This document shows, piece after piece, positions 16,697 through 23,244 of a DNA stretch of 23,244 bases. Location of the stretch: positions 1 to 23,244 of the IMG/VR virus record IMGVR_UViG_3300023543_000254. One strand, 5' to 3'. The notes below the pieces were generated by a model. The model had not been told where the DNA came from and searched no databases. It saw only the letters and a list, made by a program, of their open reading frames with translations. This DNA comes from a virus (taxonomy: Duplodnaviria; Heunggongvirae; Uroviricota; Caudoviricetes). The translations under genes and the position numbers were made by a program. Positions within the stretch are counted from its first letter, which is position 1. The number at the start of each line of letters is the position of its first letter.

Positions 16697-19069
16697 TTAA
16701 TACAGGTTCCGCCACTTATCATCTTCCTGCAAACGCTGGTTCCGATAGAAGATACGCAGGCCTGCTCCTGACGGAATACTGCCGCCGCGAAGGAGTAAAT
16801 CGACCTCTTTCTCGCTGCCATCAAATCCTCTGGACTTCAGTTCATAGACGAGCTGCTGTCGCTGATGGTCTGTAATTCGCTGTTTGTAGTCTTTACGCCG
16901 TTTCGGTTTCACCAGGCGTAACCTTGCAGCCAGTTCCCGGCGCTCTTTTTTGCTCATACTGTGCAGGTATTCGTGCAACTCCTTGTCATCCATGCGGGTA
17001 ATGTCCGTTCTGGTATCCCCATCAGCTGATTTGTCTTTCCCTTGTTGGTTCAAATTTTCAGCAAGGGGACAGTTATTGCCACGAGTCCAAGGGGCGCAAG
17101 CGCCCTGGTCGGCTGCCGCCTCCTGAACATCAACGGCCTTACGAACCATTTTCCACTTCACGGCATGAGTGCAGATCTTGCCCTCTGCAATAGGTGACCA
17201 GATGCCATAAATACGAATGCCGTGATCGCCATAGGCGGTCGGCTCTTCGTTGATTTCATAAGCGGTTCTGATGAGGTGATATTTGCGGGGAACCAGTACG
17301 CCGCCCTGCTTCATGATGTAGGTGGCAAAACAACCAGCATCAGCAGCAGCCAGGATGGCATCAAGGCGCGGGTTATCCAGTACCGGCGCACCTGCTTTTT
17401 TGTCCCCCTGTTGCCTTGCCGCCTGACCAGCCAGCAATCGCAGTTCACGGTAAGCCTGACGCCCCGGAATGCCAAAGAAGCGGAATTGCTGAACACGATG
17501 CAGAGACGCCCAGGCATTAACGTATTCAGCATTATCACGCAGGGATTTCCCCGTTTCCTTGCTGATCTCGCCAGCCAGACCACGCCCGTCAATGTTCTTA
17601 CTGATGTATTTCGCGATGTAGCTTGTTGGCGTACCTTTGCGCGGGTTAATCAACTCAGACTTAAAGCGCGGCCCAGTGTTATTGCCCAGTTCCTCGCGGT
17701 CTTCACGGATGGCAAACTTACGCAGTAATGCAGTGATGGCGCGGCGGTCTTTTTTGCGCATAAAACACAACAGGTGCCAGTGAACTGTACCGTCATGATG
17801 CGGCTCAGCCACCCGCACGCCATACCACCGCAATCCGGCTTTGTGCATCGCCTTACGAAATGCAGCAAACATGCCGACCAGATAATCACTGCTTTGTCTT
17901 ACCGTCGCATTTGTCCAAGTTGGGTTGGGCCTGCCATTATTTAGCGTGGAATGGAAACGTGACGGACAGGTGATGGTGTAGAAAACGGCGCAGTCACCGC
18001 GCATTTCCGCGATAAGCTCCAGGCCTTTAACACAGGCCATCATCTCATTGCGGCGATGCGCAGGGTTGCTGCTGCTGGCGTTTACCACATCCTCCATGTC
18101 CAGCGTGTCGCCGTCTTCGTTCACCAGTTCATGAGAACGAAAAAACTCCAGCGACTTACGGCGCTGCTCACGTTTATGCATCACGGCTTCATAGCTGACA
18201 TAGGGAGATGCTTTTTTGCTGACCAGGCAGACAGCACGCAACTGCTCTTCCCGCCATTCGCAACGCATCTTCCATAATTTCCGGTACCACCAGTCAGCGC
18301 ACAACATACGCGCCAGCGAACCCGGAATGAGTTCATAGGGCACGGGTTTACGGCGGTTTCTTTTCCGGCGGAGTTGCTCAAACGCAGGCGGGATGACATC
18401 CAGACGCAGGGTTTCCGCTGCCACCTTTTCCCATGTCTTGCGGATTTCTTCTGGCTTAACGTCATCGGTGACATACAAATCGCCACAAGCTGCATCAAGG
18501 CACATGCTCATATGCGCAGCTACCAGGGTGGACAGGCGTTTCACCTGATCCTGACTCATTTCAGGCAGGATCAGCAGGCCGTCCAGCCCTTCATGGCTTG
18601 CCATAAAGCGAAAAGAAGTGGATAGCTGACAGTCGCGTACATGCTCCAGCCGTTCCAGACATGGCTTAATCGTCTCACGCAAATAGCGGGAATAAGCCTT
18701 TGGCCTGCCCAGGCTGCTGAAGTATTCAATACGTTGCATCAGTGGCTTGCTGATATGGGAAGGCTGGGCATTAACGTCCGCCAGAATGACCATATCTGGA
18801 TTAAAACGCTGCTGCTCATGCGCCAGCTTTGCCCGACTAATGAGCTTATCCTGCTCCATTTCGCGCTGGACAGGATCACGGGATTCATTAAAGAAATAAC
18901 GCTCCCAGACCTGATCACTCAGTGCCTCGCGGCGCAGCTGTTCCTGCTCGTTATCGGCAGCGTACAGAGCGATCAGGTTTGAAAGCGCAGAAACTGAAGA
19001 TTGCTCTTCCGTCTCTACGTAAGGATTGATTGCTTTTTTCTCAGCATTCCAGGAATAGCTGTAGTTCAT
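16697..19069 (-). CDS. A: Replication initiation protein A (rolling-circle endonuclease)
   Basis: ORF track 16697..19120 (TTG); ATG at 19069 with GGAG upstream; contains HxH-like VHWHLL and tyrosine-rich YIAKYISK motifs expected for P2 gpA-type Rep proteins; size about 790 aa. Confidence 0.85.
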   Translation of the reverse strand: MNYSYSWNAEKKAINPYVETEEQSSVSALSNLIALYAADNEQEQLRREALSDQVWERYFFNESRDPVQREMEQDKLISRAKLAHEQQRFNPDMVILADVNAQPSHISKPLMQRIEYFSSLGRPKAYSRYLRETIKPCLERLEHVRDCQLSTSFRFMASHEGLDGLLILPEMSQDQVKRLSTLVAAHMSMCLDAACGDLYVTDDVKPEEIRKTWEKVAAETLRLDVIPPAFEQLRRKRNRRKPVPYELIPGSLARMLCADWWYRKLWKMRCEWREEQLRAVCLVSKKASPYVSYEAVMHKREQRRKSLEFFRSHELVNEDGDTLDMEDVVNASSSNPAHRRNEMMACVKGLELIAEMRGDCAVFYTITCPSRFHSTLNNGRPNPTWTNATVRQSSDYLVGMFAAFRKAMHKAGLRWYGVRVAEPHHDGTVHWHLLCFMRKKDRRAITALLRKFAIREDREELGNNTGPRFKSELINPRKGTPTSYIAKYISKNIDGRGLAGEISKETGKSLRDNAEYVNAWASLHRVQQFRFFGIPGRQAYRELRLLAGQAARQQGDKKAGAPVLDNPRLDAILAAADAGCFATYIMKQGGVLVPRKYHLIRTAYEINEEPTAYGDHGIRIYGIWSPIAEGKICTHAVKWKMVRKAVDVQEAAADQGACAPWTRGNNCPLAENLNQQGKDKSADGDTRTDITRMDDKELHEYLHSMSKKERRELAARLRLVKPKRRKDYKQRITDHQRQQLVYELKSRGFDGSEKEVDLLLRGGSIPSGAGLRIFYRNQRLQEDDKWRNLY

Positions 19070-19899
19070 TACGCAATCTCCAGTTCGAGCTGTGAAGGCT
19101 GCAAACCATTCGACAGCCAATCAGAAACTGAAGGTGGGCGAACAGCTTCAATTGCACCTTTTAAAATTGCGCAACGGTTTTTCAGAATGACAGCTTTCAG
19201 CTCCTTTTCCGTCAGATTGCGCGAATACTCAGCCTCCTGAATAGCCCGCGTCAGCTCAGGATATTTGCTATTAAATTTGGGGACATTGCAGGCAAGATTT
19301 GTACTGTCGGCAGTCGCCAGTGGGTAATTTCCCAACACACGACCGTCAAGCATGCGCAAACCATGAACAGCTGTTTTGAAATTGTGTCGGCAATAAATTG
19401 CTTCAAAAGCGTCCTGCATACGACGATGCCAGTGCGCAGTTCTGATAGCCGCATATTCACCAGACGATCCAAAGCAGACACGAGGCCATTCACGACATAG
19501 CTCGATAAGCCGATCGATTGACTCGTGCAGATGCCAGACGGGAGTTGCCTTCCCGTAGAACATTTTCGGAACTTCGTTTATCAGGGCATCATTGTCACGT
19601 TCACCTCCGTCCACAACATCAGGAATGACAAAAAAAGCGACCTTAGGATGGTGGTAATAGTTCAGGAGCCATTTATAAAAATCACTCCAGTTAATTTTTA
19701 GCCCACGCACCCATGCAGAAAATGCGCCGTTATCAATGCCGACGACCTGAGCGTGCTGAATGGACGCCGCAATCTGATCTGGTCGTACATAGGAGACGAA
19801 AGCGCCAGCTCCGCTCACCGCAATACGATGAACGTCGCCAGCACTTCCCCAGACAGGCGTCCCATGGAAATGATGAATTCCGTGGTGCATTTCTTTCAC
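19069..19899 (-). CDS. Hypothetical protein (276 aa), translationally coupled between dam and A
   Basis: Start overlaps dam stop, stop overlaps A start (TAATG); no confident family call; weak resemblance of VGIDNGAF to the TGT/DpdA substrate motif (TDSGGFQ). Confidence 0.7.
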   Translation of the reverse strand: MKEMHHGIHHFHGTPVWGSAGDVHRIAVSGAGAFVSYVRPDQIAASIQHAQVVGIDNGAFSAWVRGLKINWSDFYKWLLNYYHHPKVAFFVIPDVVDGGERDNDALINEVPKMFYGKATPVWHLHESIDRLIELCREWPRVCFGSSGEYAAIRTAHWHRRMQDAFEAIYCRHNFKTAVHGLRMLDGRVLGNYPLATADSTNLACNVPKFNSKYPELTRAIQEAEYSRNLTEKELKAVILKNRCAILKGAIEAVRPPSVSDWLSNGLQPSQLELEIA

Positions 19900-20750
19900 A
19901 CTTGCACCCCGAAAATAACAGTAGAGTCACGTCCCCTACTAAAATCGGCACTAAACCAATTAGCAGATTTAGTGGCAATCATCTCTGTTGCAAATTTTCC
20001 CTCCCCCGCTGCAACGCCGATGCTGCGTTTCGCCCTGATGTAGTGGTGAGTGAAATTACGATAAAGGGACCGGGTCAAAGACGTGTTACTGTTAGAAACA
20101 ATGACCGGATGTCCTTCTGATGACCGATGTTCAAGAATGGATGCCAGGTGATACTGATCATCTTCAGTGAAACCATCAGTGTGATAGCCGGAAAACGTAC
20201 CGTCATAAGGCGGATCGCAATACACCACATCCCCCACCTTCAACATCGCCAGCGTTTCATCAAAGCTGGCGCAGATAAACGTTGCCCGCTGGGCTTTCTC
20301 TGCAAATGCGCGAATTTCTTTTTCAGGGAAATACGGATTTTTATAATTACCGTAGGTAATGTTGAAATGCCCGCTCTTGTTATAGCGACATAAACCACGG
20401 TAACCGTGACGATTGAGATACAGGAAATATACCGCTTTCATGAAATCAGTAATTTCAGTGGAGTAATTAAACTCCTGCCTTATGTTGTAATAAGCCACCT
20501 CCCTGTTTGCTTCCTCAAATAAAGCTCTGGCACGAGATATAAACGCCTCACAATCAGCAGCAACCTTTTTATAGAGGTTGATTAAATCAGGATTAATATC
20601 CGCAACAAGATAGCTGGGGTAATCCGTCTCCATCATCACTGCACAGGAACCCGCGAAAGGTTCAACCAGTCGCGGGCCAGCAGGAAGATGCTTTTTCAGT
20701 TCGGACATTATGGCGGTTTTATTTCCTGCCCATTTCAGGATGGTGCTCAT
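19896..20750 (-). CDS. dam: Dam-type DNA N6-adenine methyltransferase
   Basis: ORF track 19896..20810; ATG at 20750 with GGAGGTG RBS; motifs KWAGNK, FAGSCAV (FxGxG) and catalytic DPPY read directly. Confidence 0.85.
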   Translation of the reverse strand: MSTILKWAGNKTAIMSELKKHLPAGPRLVEPFAGSCAVMMETDYPSYLVADINPDLINLYKKVAADCEAFISRARALFEEANREVAYYNIRQEFNYSTEITDFMKAVYFLYLNRHGYRGLCRYNKSGHFNITYGNYKNPYFPEKEIRAFAEKAQRATFICASFDETLAMLKVGDVVYCDPPYDGTFSGYHTDGFTEDDQYHLASILEHRSSEGHPVIVSNSNTSLTRSLYRNFTHHYIRAKRSIGVAAGEGKFATEMIATKSANWFSADFSRGRDSTVIFGVQV

Positions 20751-20974
20751 ACAGCACCTCCGTTGTAATGTTTGCCTTTCAGCTCTGCGATTTCCTGACA
20801 GGTAATGCAAAGCTGCACACCCGGAATGGCACGGCGGCGTGCTGGCGGAATTGGCGCTTCACACTCAACGCAAAGCACGCGGGACACGCCCGGCGTTTTG
20901 GCACGGGCAGCACGGATATGGCGTTGGCGTTCTTCTTCAACGCGCTGCTGTACGAGATCCATTGCATCAGCCAT
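20747..20974 (-). CDS. TraR/DksA-family C4 zinc-finger protein
   Basis: 75-aa ORF with CVEC...N17...CITC four-cysteine pattern, as in P2 ORF82-type proteins; ATGA overlaps on both sides. Confidence 0.75.
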   Translation of the reverse strand: MADAMDLVQQRVEEERQRHIRAARAKTPGVSRVLCVECEAPIPPARRRAIPGVQLCITCQEIAELKGKHYNGGAV

Positions 20975-21207
20975 CAGTGGATCTCCTGCGCTTCGTTCTG
21001 GATTGCTTCAGCAGTCACACGCAGCAGTTCTGCCGCTTCGACGTGGTTTAGCTGGCGGGAGGTGATATGACACGCCAGGCTATCGAGGCGAGCAGCCATT
21101 GCTTCAGCCCTTGCCCGGCGTTCTTCCAGACGAGCCTCTGTCAGTAAAAGATTAAGACCTGCATCATCCGGTCCGGTTTTGGTCGTGAGGGTTTCAATAT
21201 TACGCAT
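20974..21207 (-). CDS. Hypothetical early protein
   Basis: ORF track 20974..21213 (TTG); ATG at 21207 with AGGAG 9 nt upstream; coupled to downstream gene. Confidence 0.55.
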   Translation of the reverse strand: MRNIETLTTKTGPDDAGLNLLLTEARLEERRARAEAMAARLDSLACHITSRQLNHVEAAELLRVTAEAIQNEAQEIH

Positions 21208-21274
21208 AAGCAATTCTCCTGAATTTAGATAAAGGGATGCCCGGCGGGTTTACGCCATTAATTTCATTAGTTGG

Positions 21275-21616
21275 TTAATTCGGCATGGTTAGCCGTCTGG
21301 GAAATAAGCTCACCACTGCACGAAAATGATTCATTGCTTTAATCAACTCCCGCTTTTCGTCAGTGGTCAGCTCATTAATGCTGATGCTATGACGTTCAGC
21401 TGGAATTTTTGCCATAAAGAATATGGCAGCCAGTGCCCGTTTATTTTGTTCATTATTGATATCCCGAGGATCACGCATATCTTTAATAAACCGCTCAAGC
21501 TCTGACTCAATATTCAAACCAAAAACTTTCGCCCTTAACTCCGCAATATGATTAAGTCCATTCAGGCGTTCACCGGGTCTTAATGGAACAGTCGCCGCAG
21601 CGCCTTCAATAGCCAT
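21275..21616 (-). CDS. Hypothetical early protein (113 aa)
   Basis: ORF with GGGGA upstream of ATG at 21616; overlaps 3' end of the upstream small ORF in another frame. Confidence 0.5.
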   Translation of the reverse strand: MAIEGAAATVPLRPGERLNGLNHIAELRAKVFGLNIESELERFIKDMRDPRDINNEQNKRALAAIFFMAKIPAERHSISINELTTDEKRELIKAMNHFRAVVSLFPRRLTMPN

Positions 21617-21780
21617 TTGTTCCCCCGTTTTTTCGTAGATAGTTCTGCCAGCAATTCATCTTGTGAACGGCACGGATGCCAGCGTTTACCATCCTCACCC
21701 ATGATCCAGCCGTGACCGTAGTGCATTGCCGGACTTTGTTTTACCAGCAGCGATGCAAATGATGGTTCTTTCGTCAGCAT
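21580..21780 (-). CDS. Hypothetical small early protein
   Basis: ORF track 21580..21810; internal ATG at 21780 (MLTKEPSFASLL...) lies 8 nt after cII stop. Confidence 0.45.
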   Translation of the reverse strand: MLTKEPSFASLLVKQSPAMHYGHGWIMGEDGKRWHPCRSQDELLAELSTKKRGNKWLLKALRRLFH

Positions 21781-21787
21781 AAGCACC

Positions 21788-22297
21788 TCACAGCAAACCG
21801 AATGAAGCACCGAGGCCAGTCACGGTATCAACTGCACTCGCCATCGCAGGATTAGCCTGTAAACGGGCCTGCAATGAAACAGCGGCCAGCGCCATCAGTC
21901 GTGTTACAGAGTTAATGCTGCTGATAGCATCACGACGACCTGCACTGGTTTTTACATCGCCAGATACCGCACCTGCAGCAACACGCCCGATCTCTGCGGT
22001 TGCACTCATGACATAATGCGGCAGTTTCTCTTTTGCCACCTCATTAATCGGTACACATGGCAGGCAGTGAATCTGTGCCAGAAAGCCATCTACCAGCGTT
22101 GAATCTTCAGTCAGATCGGTAAGCAACCAGATTTCTGGTGCGGTTAATAAATGAGGTTGAGCTGGGTTCAGCTTGTTCCGCAGAATCTGTACATTCATGC
22201 CTGCACGTTCTGCCAGTCGCACCAGGTTGTGGCGCAGTGCGAATGCACGACAGGCTTCGTCAAAATGTGGATGTTTGGAAACTTGATAATCAAACAT
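21788..22297 (-). CDS. cII: CII-like lysogeny establishment regulator (186 CII family)
   Basis: 169-aa ORF, same length as 186 CII as recalled; second gene after the lytic promoter; HTH-like segment [13 protein letters not shown]. Confidence 0.7.
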   Translation of the reverse strand: MFDYQVSKHPHFDEACRAFALRHNLVRLAERAGMNVQILRNKLNPAQPHLLTAPEIWLLTDLTEDSTLVDGFLAQIHCLPCVPINEVAKEKLPHYVMSATAEIGRVAAGAVSGDVKTSAGRRDAISSINSVTRLMALAAVSLQARLQANPAMASAVDTVTGLGASFGLL

Positions 22298-22329
22298 AGT
22301 CAGCCCCTTCCCTTTATTTCAAAATCGAA

Positions 22330-22551
22330 TCAATTGATTACGACATTGGAATCGGCAAGCGCATCCACTGTCATGGCTGCAATGTTGATCATTACCTTTT
22401 CACGTTTTTTATCCTTGCGAAGACGATGCCGCTTAAGGCGTCCATCTGCGAGCATACTGTTGATAGTGTCTACAGATAACCCTGTGAGTTCACTGTACTT
22501 TTCAACCGAAATGGATGGGACAGCTAATGTGATTGAAATGTGCTGAGTCAT
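22330..22551 (-). CDS. apl: Apl/Cox-like small DNA-binding protein (excisionase/lytic regulator)
   Basis: 73-aa ORF, first gene downstream of the pR-like promoter, divergent from cI; HTH-like VEKYSELTGLSVDTINSMLADGRL; AGGAG RBS. Confidence 0.65.
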   Translation of the reverse strand: MTQHISITLAVPSISVEKYSELTGLSVDTINSMLADGRLKRHRLRKDKKREKVMINIAAMTVDALADSNVVIN

Positions 22552-22602
22552 AAGGCAACATCTCCTGTTTAAGTGTGTTTAACATTGACGAGTAGTTGTA
22601 AG

Positions 22603-22676
22603 TCACATTTTGAAATCAATGCGACTATAAGATCACAAATTGAAATCGTCAACCATAAAGTTCACAAGGTGAAATC
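22603..22676. repeat. Three direct repeats TCACA-N3-TGAAATC at 29-30 bp spacing; candidate repressor operators
   Basis: tcacattttgaaatc (22603..22617), tcacaaattgaaatc (22633..22647), tcacaaggtgaaatc (22662..22676); they bracket the pR-like -10/-35 and run into the cI RBS. Confidence 0.45.
22624..22652 (-). promoter_or_regulatory. Sigma70-type lytic promoter (pR-like) driving apl-cII-...-A
   Basis: Minus strand: -35 TTGACG (22652..22647), 17-bp spacer, -10 TATAGT (22629..22624); read directly. Confidence 0.5.
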
Positions 22677-22677
22677 G

Positions 22678-23244
22678 ATGGATTTTAGTCAAGGTGGAAA
22701 GAAAGCTATCGAAAGGATGGTTGAAGCCTATGGGTTCACTACAAGACAGGCGTTATGTGAACAACTAGGCATATCAAAAAGCAGTCTTGCTACACGCTAC
22801 ATGAGAGATTCATTCCCTTCTGATTGGGTTATTCAGTGCGCGCTCGAAACAGGAGTAAACATAAAGTGGCTGGTAACAGGCTTACCTCCTAAACATGAAT
22901 ATTTAACGTCTGACATCATCAATATTCAAAAAATAAAATTGATTGATGGAGTGCTATTGGATGCAGGAACACTAATGTTTGACAAAGTGTTCATTCCTGA
23001 TGGTTTATCATCACCATCTGTGATATCAAACGGGAATAACTCTTATTTTATTGAGAGGGATTTCACAGATGTAGTTGATGGTGATTGGTTAATCTCCATT
23101 GATGGAAAGCATTCTATAAAACAAGTTATTAGAATTCCTGATAATAAAGTTAAGATTAACTATGGGAATATCATTGTTGATATGAACATTAATGACCTTG
23201 TATTCATCGGCAAAGTTATAGCAGAATTCAAGATAAGAGGCTAA
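22678..23244 (+). CDS. cI: CI immunity repressor (186 CI-like)
   Basis: ORF track 22573..23244; ATG at 22678 with AAGGTGA RBS gives a protein of about 188 aa, HTH-like TTRQALCEQLGISKSSLATRYM, divergent from apl; stop is the last codon of the window. Confidence 0.7.
   Translation: MDFSQGGKKAIERMVEAYGFTTRQALCEQLGISKSSLATRYMRDSFPSDWVIQCALETGVNIKWLVTGLPPKHEYLTSDIINIQKIKLIDGVLLDAGTLMFDKVFIPDGLSSPSVISNGNNSYFIERDFTDVVDGDWLISIDGKHSIKQVIRIPDNKVKINYGNIIVDMNINDLVFIGKVIAEFKIRG

Noticed and set aside
17222-18982. Several plus-strand ORFs (17222..17728, 18056..18277, 18374..18625, 18641..18982)
   Set aside because: All lie antisense inside replication gene A, which is a long conserved ORF with recognisable Rep motifs.
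1-23244. CRISPR arrays, tRNA/rRNA genes, integrase, insertion sequences
   Set aside because: No regularly spaced direct repeats with unique spacers, no cloverleaf-like tRNA candidates, and no integrase or transposase-like ORF were seen; the attachment site and int presumably lie outside this window.

Overview
This window reads as a contiguous piece of a P2/186-family (Peduovirus-type) prophage from an enterobacterial host. All protein family calls are made from memory of P2 and 186 proteins and visible motifs; no database search was run. On the minus strand it runs from the tail fibre gene H (cut by the window start) through baseplate genes I-J-W-V, tail completion genes R-S, a lysis cassette (holin, SAR-type endolysin, LysA, LysB/LysC spanins), then head genes X, L, M, N, O. 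Terminase P and portal Q lie divergently on the plus strand. Next come a cos-like site, a 186-like early region (replication gene A, a Dam-type methyltransferase, a TraR-like zinc finger, CII, Apl) and the CI repressor, which ends exactly at the window end. The prophage looks 186-like rather than strictly P2-like: there is a perfect LexA box in front of a small-ORF/DinI-like operon, a 186-like cos core, and 186-sized CII and CI. Three AT-rich cargo insertions interrupt the GC-rich backbone: (1) a 393-aa ORF of unknown function between S and V; (2) a split P-loop ATPase between portal Q and the cos-like site; (3) a signal-peptide protein between the cos-like site and the DinI-like operon. The most interesting candidates for an undescribed system are the S-V cargo gene and the split ATPase, both in positions where this phage family is known to carry accessory genes. 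No tRNA, rRNA, CRISPR array, integrase or transposase was seen.
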